Part shown: positions 50,171 through 60,816 of the stretch, one piece after another
How the letters are laid out: each line of letters begins with the position of its first letter
Position numbering within the stretch: position 1 is the stretch's first letter
Assembly: GCA_008638205.1 (NCBI GenBank)
Contig: VTPO01000002.1
Span: 19,802 to 83,801 of the forward strand
From: Pelagibacteraceae bacterium
GTDB lineage: Bacteria; Pseudomonadota; Alphaproteobacteria; Pelagibacterales; Pelagibacteraceae
Direction of reading: 5' to 3'
Length of the DNA: 64,000 nucleotides
Notes under the pieces: model-generated
The model's database searches: none
Seen by the model: only the letters and a program-made list of their open reading frames with translations
What the model was told of the DNA's origin: nothing
Translations under genes and position numbers: made by a program

Positions 50171-50710
50171 CTACTCTATATTTACTGCAGTTACCGAATT
50201 CACCTCAGGAACATAGTGCTTGATCATTCGTTCCACTCCTTGTTTTAAGGTAACGGTAGAGCTTGGGCACCCTGCGCAGCTTCCCTTCAGCATTACTTCA
50301 ACTACACCATCTTTGTAGGATTTTAATTGAATGTCCCCGCCATCCATAGCAACTGCTGGCCGTATTTTTTCATTGAGCACTTCTTCAATTCTTTGAGAAA
50401 TTTCGTCTTTAAATTCAAGAGATTTCTCAAAGGATAGAGGCTTAAAATCAGCATTTATTTCTTCTGAAAGAATTTTTAAAATATTTTCTTTTATTTCATT
50501 CCAATCTTGAGAAGATTTCTTTTTTATAGTTACAAAATTTGAATCTATATAGATAAGTTCAGGCGAAACTTGCTCGAATAATTTTTCTGCAAACCTAATT
50601 TCTTTACAATCTTCTATTGATTTAATCTCTTTGGATCCAGATTTAACAATATCAAAATCAAATATAAATTTTTTAGACTCTGGGTTTGGTGTGTCTGTTA
50701 ATGTAATCAT
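50171..50710 (-). CDS. nfuA: NfuA/NifU-family Fe-S carrier
   Basis: TPNP N-terminal scaffold; RPAVAMDGGD and GSCAGCPSS. Confidence 0.92.
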   Translation of the reverse strand: MITLTDTPNPESKKFIFDFDIVKSGSKEIKSIEDCKEIRFAEKLFEQVSPELIYIDSNFVTIKKKSSQDWNEIKENILKILSEEINADFKPLSFEKSLEFKDEISQRIEEVLNEKIRPAVAMDGGDIQLKSYKDGVVEVMLKGSCAGCPSSTVTLKQGVERMIKHYVPEVNSVTAVNIE

Positions 50711-50767
50711 ATAAATATCTTAGAGTTGGTTAGTTTAACATAGATCTATTAAGACTCAAACTTCTGT

Positions 50768-51229
50768 TTATACAATTAAATCAATCTCTTTTTCGCTTAG
50801 AGCGCCGGGGATAATAACCATAGGTATAGATAAATCTTTTATTTTTTTTCCTGTCAAAGCTTTGATTAATGGTCCTGGTTCTTCATTATTGGCGCTAGAA
50901 GCCAGAACAAGAAACCTAATATTTTTATCTTCTTCAACTAATTTTAAAAGCTCTTCACAACGATCTCCCATTTTAATAATGACCTCACTTTCAATATCAA
51001 ATCTAGATTTAATTTTTTGTGTCCATACTCGGCATAATTTTTTGGCCTCACTAGTAGCCTCTTGTTCAATAAGATTTTCAATTCTAGACCACTGTGCATT
51101 AACTGCTGGGTCAACTATATACAATAGAGACAATTTTCCATCCGTATGAATAGCGCGTTTTGCTGCAAAATAAATAGCCTTTTCTAGCTCTTTACTTTCA
51201 TCTATAATGATTAAAAATTTTTTTTTCAT
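50768..51229 (-). CDS. Universal stress protein (alphaproteobacterial type)
   Basis: KFLIIIDES, LVLASS...PGPL and PMVIIPG; trpS-usp-nifU synteny. Confidence 0.85.
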   Translation of the reverse strand: MKKKFLIIIDESKELEKAIYFAAKRAIHTDGKLSLLYIVDPAVNAQWSRIENLIEQEATSEAKKLCRVWTQKIKSRFDIESEVIIKMGDRCEELLKLVEEDKNIRFLVLASSANNEEPGPLIKALTGKKIKDLSIPMVIIPGALSEKEIDLIV

Positions 51230-52233
51230 TAGACCAATCCTACAATTTTTTTTATTTCTATTAAATTAATATTCGCAACTTCTTGGGCTTTTTTACTTCC
51301 GTCTTTTAAAATTTTTTTTAAAAAAACTGGATCCGATTTCAATTTTATAATTTCTTTTCCAATCGGGCAAATTTTCTCTACAAGTAACATACCAAGTTCT
51401 TTTTTAAATTCTGAAAAGGCCTTTCCATTCCAATTGCTAATTACATCTTGCATTTTTTTACCTGTCAACGCTGAAAAAATACTAATTAAATTTCTTGCTT
51501 CTGGTCTTGTATTACCTTTCAAAATACTCTCACTTATTGCCTCACTATCTGTTTTTCCTTTCTGAATTTTCTTTAAAATTAAATCAGCATCGTCTGTAAG
51601 GTTAATTCTTGATAGATCCGATTCTTCTGATTTGCTCATTTTTTTTGTTCCATCTCTTAGACTCATAACTCTTGAAATGTTCTCTGGAATAATGGGTTCC
51701 GGAGTTACAAAAAAATCGTTGGCTTTAAAATCATTATTAAACTTTATTGCTATGTCTCTACAAAGTTCTAAGTGTTGCTTTTGATCCTCTCCTACAGGCA
51801 CATGTGTTGCCCTATAAAGCAAAATATCTGCTGCCATTAAGATTGGATAAGTAAAAAGTCCCACGCTGGCTTTCTCTTTGTTGCTTCCAGCTTTTTCCTT
51901 AAATTGGGTCATTCGATTAAGCCAACCAATTCTTGCAATACAATTAAAAATCCAAGCAAGTTCTGCATGGGCTGAAACAGAGGATTGTACGAAGATTGTA
52001 TTGTTTTTAGGATCAATGCCAGAGGCCACTAGAGCTGCGGTAGTTTCTAAAATATTATCTTGTAAAATTTGAGGCTCATGTTTCACTGTAATTGCGTGCA
52101 TATTTGCTAACATAAAAAAACACTCGTACTCTTTTTGTAACAATACAAAATTATTAATAGCACCAAAATAATTCCCCAGGTGAAGATTTCCTGTTGGCTG
52201 AATACCAGATAAAATTCTTTTATTTTGTGTCAT
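51229..52233 (-). CDS. trpS: Tryptophan--tRNA ligase
   Basis: SGIQPTGNLHLGNY, VPVGEDQKQH and KMSKS. Confidence 0.98.
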   Translation of the reverse strand: MTQNKRILSGIQPTGNLHLGNYFGAINNFVLLQKEYECFFMLANMHAITVKHEPQILQDNILETTAALVASGIDPKNNTIFVQSSVSAHAELAWIFNCIARIGWLNRMTQFKEKAGSNKEKASVGLFTYPILMAADILLYRATHVPVGEDQKQHLELCRDIAIKFNNDFKANDFFVTPEPIIPENISRVMSLRDGTKKMSKSEESDLSRINLTDDADLILKKIQKGKTDSEAISESILKGNTRPEARNLISIFSALTGKKMQDVISNWNGKAFSEFKKELGMLLVEKICPIGKEIIKLKSDPVFLKKILKDGSKKAQEVANINLIEIKKIVGLV

Positions 52234-53755
52234 AATTTTTCACTTTAAAGTCTTTAATACTAAAAGATTTAAACAATATTGAAAGCAGAAAATAGATTAA
52301 TGCAGAAATACCGACAATTACTGTTAAGGAAAATATTTTATGAATAGACCCATGTTCAAAAGCAAATTGAAATTTAAACAACAAGAAAGATAAAACTGCG
52401 CTCATTATAAATGAACAAACAAATATTTTTGAAACTCTTTCTATAAAAATTTTATCAAATTTATGCATTCCATTTGTTAAAAGAAAAAACTGATAAATTA
52501 GGATGGCACACCAACAAGAAACAGTTGTTCCCAACGCAATAGATACAAAGCCTAGTCGATTAAATAAAATTATACTTATTAAAATATTTAAAATAACTGT
52601 CAAAACTGAAATGTAGAATGGGAACTTGGTATTTCCTCTTGCAAAATAAAAACTTGAGTAAATTTTCAACAAAGAAAATGCAGGTAGCCCAAAACCAAAT
52701 ACAAATAAAGCTTTTGATGTTTGCCGAATACTTTCTTGATCAAAAGAACCGTAACCAAAAAGTGTGGAAATAATTGGTTCTGTAGCCATAATAATTCCAA
52801 CTGTGGCTGGGGCAGACAAGAATAAAGAAAGCTCTATAGACCTGTTTTGTAAAAAAAAATTCTTTCCATCTTTATTTTGAAAAATTTCTTTTGATAGGGA
52901 AGGAAGTATAACTGTTCCAATTGCAATACCCGTAATTGCCAATGGCAATTGGTAGATTCTATCAGCGTAATACAAATACGATACGGCACTAGTTTGAAAT
53001 GAAGCTATAATCGTTCCTACTAAAATGTTTATTTGCATAACCCCAGAAGAAAAGATACTTGGCAATAATCTTTTAAAGAAATGTTTTACTTCTGGTGAAA
53101 TCTTAAAATTAAAACTTATTTTAGGTGTGAAATACTTTTTTGCATAAACAGCTAACATGATCAGCTGTAGTATTCCAGCCAAGGTAACTGCCCAGGCCAT
53201 AAAATAAACTAGCTCTTCGTCAAAAAATTTTGCATAGAAAATGGAAGCAATGAGCAATAGATTAAGAATAATAGGAGCTGCCGCTGCTACGGCAAATCTT
53301 CCTTTTGTATTTAGAATGGCAGAATAAAAAGAAGACAAAGACACAAAAAGCAAAAAAGGGAAAGCTATTCTGCTTAATGTCACTGCAAGATTATACTTTT
53401 CAGGATTTTCAATGAAGCCTGGGGAGATTATATAAATAACTCCACCCATAAAAACTTCCGCAACACACACTAAAACAAAAAGAAAAAAAATTAGTAAATT
53501 AAAAACAGAATTGGCAAACTCGAACGCTTTTTTTTTAATATCCAACTTCGAATATTGCGGAACAAAAGCGGAATTAAAAGAGCCTTCGGCAAACAATCTT
53601 CTAAAAGTATTGGGCAGCCTAAATGCAACAAAAAATGCATCTGCTAAAAAACTAGTACCGAGAAATATAGCTATCAAAATATCACGAAAATAGCCAAGAA
53701 TCCTACTAATTAGAGTAAGAAGACCAAAGGACCCCACTGAAGATAAAATATTCAT
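52220..53755 (-). CDS. murJ: Lipid II flippase MurJ
   Basis: SRILGYFRD, FRLPNTFRRLFAEG and YYADRIYQLP. Confidence 0.96.
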   Translation of the reverse strand: MNILSSVGSFGLLTLISRILGYFRDILIAIFLGTSFLADAFFVAFRLPNTFRRLFAEGSFNSAFVPQYSKLDIKKKAFEFANSVFNLLIFFLFVLVCVAEVFMGGVIYIISPGFIENPEKYNLAVTLSRIAFPFLLFVSLSSFYSAILNTKGRFAVAAAAPIILNLLLIASIFYAKFFDEELVYFMAWAVTLAGILQLIMLAVYAKKYFTPKISFNFKISPEVKHFFKRLLPSIFSSGVMQINILVGTIIASFQTSAVSYLYYADRIYQLPLAITGIAIGTVILPSLSKEIFQNKDGKNFFLQNRSIELSLFLSAPATVGIIMATEPIISTLFGYGSFDQESIRQTSKALFVFGFGLPAFSLLKIYSSFYFARGNTKFPFYISVLTVILNILISIILFNRLGFVSIALGTTVSCWCAILIYQFFLLTNGMHKFDKIFIERVSKIFVCSFIMSAVLSFLLFKFQFAFEHGSIHKIFSLTVIVGISALIYFLLSILFKSFSIKDFKVKNYDTK

Positions 53756-53846
53756 TTTTTTAATATTTATATTGTTTTACAATATTAATGTTCTAAATTC
53801 CGTCCTACAAATAAAATTAGACATTATTAAAGCAATCAACAAATTA

Positions 53847-56126
53847 ATGACAACTAAGAACCCAATACAAAAATATACAGATAAAGAGGCATTAGATTTT
53901 CATATAGAAGGAAAGCCTGGAAAAATAGAGATAATATCTTCAAAAAATCTTTCAACCCAAAGAGATTTGGCTCTTGCTTACTCTCCAGGAGTAGCTGTTC
54001 CTTGTGTTGAAATAGGAAAAGATCCTGAAACTGCTTACGATTATACCAGTAAAGGAAACTTAGTAGCCGTTATTAGTAATGGAACTGCTATCTTAGGACT
54101 TGGCGATTTAGGAGCTCTTGCATCGAAACCAGTAATGGAAGGTAAATCTGTTTTATTTAAAAGGTTTGCAGATATCGATTCTATAGATATCGAAATAGAT
54201 TCTAAAAATGTCGATGAAATTATTAATGTAATTTCTAAAATTGCAGTTACTTTTGGTGGAATTAATTTAGAAGATATAGCTGCGCCAGATTGTTTTATTA
54301 TTGAACAAAAATTAAAAGAACTGGTTGATATTCCAATTTTTCATGATGACCAACATGGTACTGCCATTATTACCACTGCTGGATTAATTAATGCGTTAGA
54401 TATTTCTGGAAAATCAATCAAAGATGTTAAAATTGTTGTTAATGGTGCTGGGGCTTCTGCCCAAGCGTGCACCGAGTTATTTAAAAATAGTGGTGTACCA
54501 AGTGAAAACATTACGATGATTGATCGTAAAGGAGTTATTTTTAGAGGAAGAACTGAAGGTATGGATCAGTGGAAATCAAAGCATGCTATCGACACCAAAA
54601 ATAGAACTTTGGCAGAAGCTGTCGATGGGGCTGATGTTTTTTTAGGTTTATCTGCTCCAAATATTCTTACCAAAGAAATGGTTAAATCTATGGCAAAAAA
54701 TCCAATTATTTTTGCTTGTGCCAATCCTGATCCCGAAATCAAACCAGAGCTAGTGAAAGAAGTAAGAGACGATGCTATCATAGCAACAGGGCGATCTGAC
54801 TACCCTAATCAAGTGAATAATCTTATTGGATTCCCTTATATTTTTAGAGGAGCATTGGATGTTAGAGCTAAAGAAATAAATGAAGAAATGAAGGTGGCTG
54901 CTGCAAACGCTATTGCAAAGCTGGCTAGAGACAATGTTCCAGATGAAGTAGTTGCGGCTTATGGAGGAGAAAGACCTGTGTATGGAAGAGAATATATTAT
55001 TCCATCTACTTTTGACCCTAGATTAATAACCATAATACCAATGGCAGTTGCTAAAGCTGCAATGGATAGTGGTGTAGCAAGAAAGCCTATTAAGGATTTT
55101 GATAAGTATGAAAATGAATTGGCCGCAAGACTAGATCAGTCGATGAATTTTATGAGAGCAATCAACTCTAAAATAAAAAATAAAAAGAAAAGAGTTATAT
55201 TTGCAGAGGGAGAGGATCCTGAAACCTTAAAAGCAGCCGTTGCTTTTAAAAACAGTGGATTGGGAGAGCCGGTATTAATTGCTAATGAAGAAAAATTAAA
55301 AGATACTTTTAAAAGCATAGGCTTGGATGAAAATTATAAGATTGAAATTTCAAACTCCGCAGACAAAGAAAAAAGTGAGAAATATGTTAAATTTTTATAT
55401 GAAAAACTTCAGAGAAAAGGTGTTTTAGAAGCTGATTGTAACAAGTTAGTCAAAACAGATCGAACTACTTGGGGATCTTGCATGGTTTCTTGTGGAGATG
55501 CCGATGCTATGGTGACTGGAAATACTAGACACTATGCAGCTACTGTTGAAAAATTAATGCAATCTGTAGGGGCTAGAAAAGATGAACTTGTTTTTGGCTT
55601 ATGTGTATTTATTGAGCAAGGAAAAACTATCCTTGTAGCAGATACAAATGTGATTGAATATCCCACATCTGAACAACTAGCTGAAATGGCAATTTCAGCT
55701 GCTCGAGTTGCTAAATTATTAGGTTTAGATCCTAAGGTTGCTTTTTTATCTCACTCAACTTTTGGTCAGCCAGAGACAGATCGGACTAAAAGAGTCTCTA
55801 AGGCTGTTGAAATCTTAAAAGAAAAAAAAGTTGAATTTATATTTGATGGAGAAATGCAGCCAGATGTGGCTCTCAATAAAAAATATCAATCCGCCTATTC
55901 TTTTTCTGAAGTCGTAGGTAATGCAAATATCCTGTTGATGCCCTCAATACACGCAGCTGCTATTTCAATTAAATTGCTGAAAGAATTGAGCAAAGGTAAG
56001 GTAATTGGACCTCTTTTGACAGGTTTAGCACAACCAATTGAAGTAGCTCCTTTACGATCCACTAGTCATGAAATTTTGAATCTAGCTTCGATTGCTGCCT
56101 ACTCTTCTGAAACAATTAAATATTAA
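53847..56126 (+). CDS. maeB: NADP-dependent malic enzyme with C-terminal PTA-like domain
   Basis: LAYSPGVA, KPVMEGK, HDDQHGT, GRSDYPNQVNN, plus a PTA-like C-domain. Start ATG 53847. Confidence 0.96.
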   Translation: MTTKNPIQKYTDKEALDFHIEGKPGKIEIISSKNLSTQRDLALAYSPGVAVPCVEIGKDPETAYDYTSKGNLVAVISNGTAILGLGDLGALASKPVMEGKSVLFKRFADIDSIDIEIDSKNVDEIINVISKIAVTFGGINLEDIAAPDCFIIEQKLKELVDIPIFHDDQHGTAIITTAGLINALDISGKSIKDVKIVVNGAGASAQACTELFKNSGVPSENITMIDRKGVIFRGRTEGMDQWKSKHAIDTKNRTLAEAVDGADVFLGLSAPNILTKEMVKSMAKNPIIFACANPDPEIKPELVKEVRDDAIIATGRSDYPNQVNNLIGFPYIFRGALDVRAKEINEEMKVAAANAIAKLARDNVPDEVVAAYGGERPVYGREYIIPSTFDPRLITIIPMAVAKAAMDSGVARKPIKDFDKYENELAARLDQSMNFMRAINSKIKNKKKRVIFAEGEDPETLKAAVAFKNSGLGEPVLIANEEKLKDTFKSIGLDENYKIEISNSADKEKSEKYVKFLYEKLQRKGVLEADCNKLVKTDRTTWGSCMVSCGDADAMVTGNTRHYAATVEKLMQSVGARKDELVFGLCVFIEQGKTILVADTNVIEYPTSEQLAEMAISAARVAKLLGLDPKVAFLSHSTFGQPETDRTKRVSKAVEILKEKKVEFIFDGEMQPDVALNKKYQSAYSFSEVVGNANILLMPSIHAAAISIKLLKELSKGKVIGPLLTGLAQPIEVAPLRSTSHEILNLASIAAYSSETIKY

Positions 56127-56128
56127 AA

Positions 56129-56719
56129 TTATTTTTTGTTTTTAGACAGCTCACTAACTAAAAAAATACTTGCATCAATATTTTTCACGTCAGGAATAAT
56201 TTTTGCTTCATTAATTACTTCTCTTTTCTCAGAATCGCTTTTAGCGATACCAAAGATAAAGACAATTTGATTAACAGTATTGATTTGATAGTTGGCCATA
56301 CTTACTTTTTTGTTAGAAAGTAAGGCGACTTTTAATTGCGATGTAATTAACAAGTCTTTTGCGGAATTTTTTAATGAAAATTTATCTTTCACTTTAATAT
56401 TATTTTTAACTGATCTTGCTCCTTCTGTTTTCCAGGCAATCTTGGTTAATAAGATTTTTTCATCCACAGAATCAACTGTTCCAGTTAAATAGATATGACC
56501 ATCAACCACTTTGGAGGAAACTGACAAAACATATTTTTTATCTATTTGACTAACTCTAATTAAGAAAGATTTTTGCATTATAGAATCGTCTATTTGAGTC
56601 CCTAATGTTCTTGGATCAAGAAAAATATTAACACCCGTTCCCAAAACTCCTTGAGAGCTAACTCCTACACATCCACTAAGAGCCAAAAGAATAAAAAGGA
56701 TAGAAGCTATTTTTTTCAT
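56129..56719 (-). CDS. Dual BON-domain lipoprotein (DolP/YraP-like)
   Basis: Lipobox LSG-C, D.RTLGTQIDD and two BON repeats; next to rsmI. Confidence 0.82.
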   Translation of the reverse strand: MKKIASILFILLALSGCVGVSSQGVLGTGVNIFLDPRTLGTQIDDSIMQKSFLIRVSQIDKKYVLSVSSKVVDGHIYLTGTVDSVDEKILLTKIAWKTEGARSVKNNIKVKDKFSLKNSAKDLLITSQLKVALLSNKKVSMANYQINTVNQIVFIFGIAKSDSEKREVINEAKIIPDVKNIDASIFLVSELSKNKK

Positions 56720-57567
56720 TTTTCTAGATCTAATATATTTTGATAAATTATTTTTTTACTTATTTTTAACTTTTTAGCAAGATACTCGGCCATATCCTTG
56801 GATGACATTTTATTAATTAAAAGATTAATTTCATATTCAAGATTAATATCTTCTTCTTTTTTAAGATCTACTGATTTGTTACTAATCACAACTGTTATCT
56901 CACCCTTAAGGTCATTTGCTCCTGTTTTTTCTAATAATTCTTCGGCTGTTCCTGATAAATATGTTTCGTGCAATTTAGTAATCTCTCTTGCAATAAATAT
57001 CATTCGATTCTCAAAATAAATTTTAAAATCCTCTAGTGATTTTTTAAGATCTCTAGCTGGCAAATACAAAACAATAGAGCTATTTATCTTGAAAAGAGTT
57101 TCTAGCTCTTGGGTTCTTTCTTTTGTTTTTTTAGATAGAAATCCAAAGAAAAAAAATTTTGAGCTAAAGCCTGCTACAGAGATCGCAGCTGTGACGGCTG
57201 ATGGTCCTGGCACAGGTATTACTTTAATTTTTTTTTCTCTTGCTAATTTTACTAAAAACTCGCCAGGATCAGAAATTAAAGGCGTTCCAGCATCTGATAT
57301 TAGAGATATAATTTTCCCCACTTCTATATCATCAAAAATTTCTTTACATTTTTTTGTTTCATTAAATTTGTGAAACGAAACAAGTTTTTTTTTAATTTTG
57401 TAAAAATTTAAAAGTTTCAAAGAATGCCTGGTATCTTCACATAGAACGTAATCAGACTGCTTTAAAACATCTAGTGCCCGCAATGTTATATCTGACAAAT
57501 TGCCAATCGGGGTGGAAACAACATAAAGTCCAGGATCAAGATGATTGTTTTTTTTGTTTTCCGACAT
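56716..57567 (-). CDS. rsmI: 16S rRNA C1402 2'-O-methyltransferase
   Basis: LYVVSTPIGNLSDIT, SDAGTPLISDPG and AREITKLHE. Confidence 0.96.
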   Translation of the reverse strand: MSENKKNNHLDPGLYVVSTPIGNLSDITLRALDVLKQSDYVLCEDTRHSLKLLNFYKIKKKLVSFHKFNETKKCKEIFDDIEVGKIISLISDAGTPLISDPGEFLVKLAREKKIKVIPVPGPSAVTAAISVAGFSSKFFFFGFLSKKTKERTQELETLFKINSSIVLYLPARDLKKSLEDFKIYFENRMIFIAREITKLHETYLSGTAEELLEKTGANDLKGEITVVISNKSVDLKKEEDINLEYEINLLINKMSSKDMAEYLAKKLKISKKIIYQNILDLEK

Positions 57568-57596
57568 ATACTCACTTATATCACTAACATATTTTT

Positions 57597-58757
57597 ATGA
57601 AAAAAATTTTTTTTAAATTTTTTTTACTTTTTTCTACGCTACTAAGCTTAGGGTTTGCGGCAGAAAGTAAAAATCAAGAATTGAGAATAGGTGCCATTTT
57701 GCCTCTTACTGGTGATTACCAAGAAATAGGCAACAACGTATTAAAAACTTTTGAACTCACTTTATTTGAACTTCCAAATGTTAATGTAGTTCTTATTCCA
57801 TTTGATAACCAAAGTAGCCCCAGTGGAACAAAATTTGCCTTTCAAGAGCTGCAATCACAAAAGATTGATATTATTCTAGGCCCTATATTTGAAGAAAATT
57901 TACAATCTATAATCAATGTAAATAATTTTTCTAAATATACATTTGTTTCATTAAGCAACAACATTTTAAACTTACCAGAAAATGTAATCTCATTTGGAAT
58001 TAATGTTAATAGTCAAATTCTTGCTTTAAAAAAAAAACTAAGTGAGAAAAAAAAAGATACCATTTTTTTTGGAGATGAAAAAAGTTTCTCCCAAACAGTT
58101 TTAAGAGAGATGGAACTACAACAAATAAAGTTTAGAAATAAATATCGTTACCAATCCTTTAAAGAAATAAGTCCAAAAGCAAGGGATGCCACTTCTTATG
58201 ATTGGAGGCATAAAAAATTATTAGATCAAATTAAAATTCTACAAAACTCAGAGGATCTCAAAGATATTAAAAGGTTAAAAATACTTGAACAGCTAGATAC
58301 TCTTGATGGAGTCAGCTACGAGCAAGTATTTATACCAGCTTTTGACAATGAACTAATTAGTGTAGTTTCTTTTTTTGACTATTATGATGTTAATTATAAC
58401 AATGTTGAATTTGTAACTTTAAATCAATGGTTTAATAAAACAATTTTAATAGAACCTTCTTTGCAAAATATTATTTTTCCTTCTATCGATTATAAAAATT
58501 TCCAAGAGTTGAATGCAAAATTTAAAGATAATTATAACAAAGAAATTTCTAATATTGAAATTATAGCGTATGACACCATTCCTCTCTTAGTCTCTATTTG
58601 GAATGAGAAAAAAGATAAAATTTTTACAATACAAGATTTTAGAAACAAAGAATTCAAGGGAAAAGTTGGTATTTTTAAAATTAATCAATACAACTTTGCA
58701 GAACATAAGTTAGATTTGTATCAAGTTAAAAAAGGTACATTTAAGAAAATTAATTAA
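57597..58757 (+). CDS. Periplasmic-binding-fold protein, LpoA / PBP-activator-like
   Basis: Signal peptide then IGAILPLTG, IILGP and FxGxxGxF motifs; divergent from rsmI as lpoA is. Confidence 0.6.
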   Translation: MKKIFFKFFLLFSTLLSLGFAAESKNQELRIGAILPLTGDYQEIGNNVLKTFELTLFELPNVNVVLIPFDNQSSPSGTKFAFQELQSQKIDIILGPIFEENLQSIINVNNFSKYTFVSLSNNILNLPENVISFGINVNSQILALKKKLSEKKKDTIFFGDEKSFSQTVLREMELQQIKFRNKYRYQSFKEISPKARDATSYDWRHKKLLDQIKILQNSEDLKDIKRLKILEQLDTLDGVSYEQVFIPAFDNELISVVSFFDYYDVNYNNVEFVTLNQWFNKTILIEPSLQNIIFPSIDYKNFQELNAKFKDNYNKEISNIEIIAYDTIPLLVSIWNEKKDKIFTIQDFRNKEFKGKVGIFKINQYNFAEHKLDLYQVKKGTFKKIN

Positions 58758-59361
58758 ATTTAAAGTATTTTTTTACGCTTTTGAACGCTTGGTAGCGATG
58801 AGAAATACTATTTTTGTACTTCGCAGGTAATTGACCAAATGTTTTTAATTCTTTGTTAGCAACAAAAATAGGGTCATATCCAAACCCTCTTTTACCTTTT
58901 GGGGGGAAGGTTACTTTTCCAAATACTTTTCCCAGAAATTCATAGCTTTTACCATTAGGAAATCCTACGGAAATACAGCAAGTAAAGTTAGCTTTAGATT
59001 CTGATAATTTCTTTTTTAAAAGAAGTTTTCTGATTTTTTCAATAGCTAAAGAAAAGTTTTTTAATTTTCCTGCCCATCGAGCTGAGTATATACCTGGCTG
59101 ATTATTAAGATCTGCAACCTCTAATCCAGAATCATCTGAAATAGAAATTAATCCTGATTTTTTCGCACAATATAAAGATTTTATTCTTGCATTGCCTTTA
59201 AAATCTTTTGCAGTTTCTTTTGGCTCTTTTAATTTAAAATCCTGTGGCCTAAAATATTTTATATGTTTTGGCAATAACTCTTTTAACTCTTTGAATTTTC
59301 CAGGATTGTTGGTGGCAATGAGAATAGAGCTTATTTTTTTTAATTCTTTTAATTTATTCAC
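58750..59361 (-). CDS. rdgB: dITP/XTP pyrophosphatase
   Basis: ATNNPGK, DDSGL, PGIYSARW, GFGYDPIF and SHR. Confidence 0.96.
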   Translation of the reverse strand: MNKLKELKKISSILIATNNPGKFKELKELLPKHIKYFRPQDFKLKEPKETAKDFKGNARIKSLYCAKKSGLISISDDSGLEVADLNNQPGIYSARWAGKLKNFSLAIEKIRKLLLKKKLSESKANFTCCISVGFPNGKSYEFLGKVFGKVTFPPKGKRGFGYDPIFVANKELKTFGQLPAKYKNSISHRYQAFKSVKKYFKFN

Positions 59362-60067
59362 TTAAAACTTTTTTTTGCAGTGTAATAATTTCAGCTATGG
59401 ATGCTTTAGAATGTCGAAGCATTTTCATGAACTCTTCCTCAGAGCAGGTTGTTTGTTCGCCAGTCAACTGCAGTTCGATGATATCACCTTGATCGTTCAT
59501 GACATAGTTTGAATCAACATCGGCTTGACTGTCTTCTTCATAATCTAAGTCCATTAAAAGTTCTCCATTTACTAGTCCACAACTAATTGCTGCAACATAA
59601 CTTTTGATGGGATTGTGGTTAATTTGTTTTCTTTTAATCATTAAGTCTATACATTTTTTTAATGCGACAAACCCACCTGTAATTGAAGCAGTTCTAGTTC
59701 CGCCGTCTGCTTGCAAAACATCACAATCGATTGTGATAAGATATTCTCCTAATAGCTTAAGATTCAAAGATGCTCTTAAAGATCTTCCAATTAACCTTTG
59801 AATTTCAGATGTTCTTCCGCCCACTTTGCCTATCGACGATTCTCTTCTCATTCTCTCATGTGTAGATCTTGGTAGCATTCCATATTCAGCTGTAACCCAA
59901 CCTTTTCCTGATCCTTTAAGCCATCTTGGAACTTTTTCTTCAATAGATGCTGTACAAACTACATGGGTATCTCCTGACTGAATTAAACAAGAAGCATCCG
60001 CATTTTTTATAAAATCAGTAGTTATTTCTATTTTTCTTAATTCTAAATTTTTTCTGTCATTTCTCAT
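59354..60067 (-). CDS. rph: Ribonuclease PH
   Basis: GWVTAEYGMLPRST, EIQRLIGRSLRA and ADGGTRTA. Confidence 0.98.
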   Translation of the reverse strand: MRNDRKNLELRKIEITTDFIKNADASCLIQSGDTHVVCTASIEEKVPRWLKGSGKGWVTAEYGMLPRSTHERMRRESSIGKVGGRTSEIQRLIGRSLRASLNLKLLGEYLITIDCDVLQADGGTRTASITGGFVALKKCIDLMIKRKQINHNPIKSYVAAISCGLVNGELLMDLDYEEDSQADVDSNYVMNDQGDIIELQLTGEQTTCSEEEFMKMLRHSKASIAEIITLQKKVLSE

Positions 60068-60074
60068 TTTTGAC

Positions 60075-60102
60075 CTTGGAATTTATTATTTAGTTACTAT
60101 AT
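60075..60102 (+). promoter_or_regulatory. Possible RpoH-type promoter for grpE
   Basis: CTTG-18 nt-CTATAT upstream of grpE. Confidence 0.35.
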
Positions 60103-60128
60103 ATCCACCATTATAAATTATAAAAAAA

Positions 60129-60734
60129 ATGAATACAGAAGAAAAAAAAGAAAATTTAGAGTCTCTCCAAGAAGAAGATAATACAGTAGATACAAATTCT
60201 ACCCCAGAAGAGGAAAGCAAACTCGAAGAGAATGTTGGTGAGACTAAAGAAGATTTGGCCGATTCTCAAGAGAAAAAAATAGCAGAGCTCAATGATAAGG
60301 TTTTAAGACTATTGGCAGAAAATCAAAATATAAGAAAAAACCAAGAAAAAGAAAAAGAGGATATTTTAAAATATGGATCTTTTAACTTTGCTTCTCAAAT
60401 TCTAAATCTTACAGATAATTTAGATAGAGCTTTTTCAATATTTAAAAACAATGAAAAATTTAAAGATAAAGAATTTCTTGAAATAACAAATGGTATAGAG
60501 CTAATTGAAAAAGAACTATTGAATACTTTGGAAAAGAATAGCATTACATACATTGATTGTTTGAATAAAAAATTTGACCCAAATTTTCATCAAGCACTTA
60601 GTGAGATTGATAGTGAGAAAGAACCCGGCACTGTTGTTGAAGAAGTTCAAAAAGGATACATGCTACATGATCGTCTGTTGAGACCTTCGTTAGTAAATGT
60701 AGCAAAATCAACTAAAAAAGAAGAAAAAAAATAG
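60129..60734 (+). CDS. grpE: Nucleotide exchange factor GrpE
   Basis: Acidic N-terminus, FDPNFHQA and [15 protein letters not shown]. Confidence 0.96.
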   Translation: MNTEEKKENLESLQEEDNTVDTNSTPEEESKLEENVGETKEDLADSQEKKIAELNDKVLRLLAENQNIRKNQEKEKEDILKYGSFNFASQILNLTDNLDRAFSIFKNNEKFKDKEFLEITNGIELIEKELLNTLEKNSITYIDCLNKKFDPNFHQALSEIDSEKEPGTVVEEVQKGYMLHDRLLRPSLVNVAKSTKKEEKK

Positions 60735-60745
60735 TTTCTTAAGAT

Positions 60746-60773
60746 CTTGTAATATCAAAAACACCCCCCATAT
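60746..60773 (+). promoter_or_regulatory. Sigma32 (RpoH) heat-shock promoter of dnaK
   Basis: CTTGTA-14 nt-CCCCATAT, a close match to the sigma32 consensus CTTGAA-N13-17-CCCCATNT. Confidence 0.75.
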
Positions 60774-60816
60774 CCATTACACAACCAGAAACAAGAATAC
60801 AGAAGGATTAAAGATT

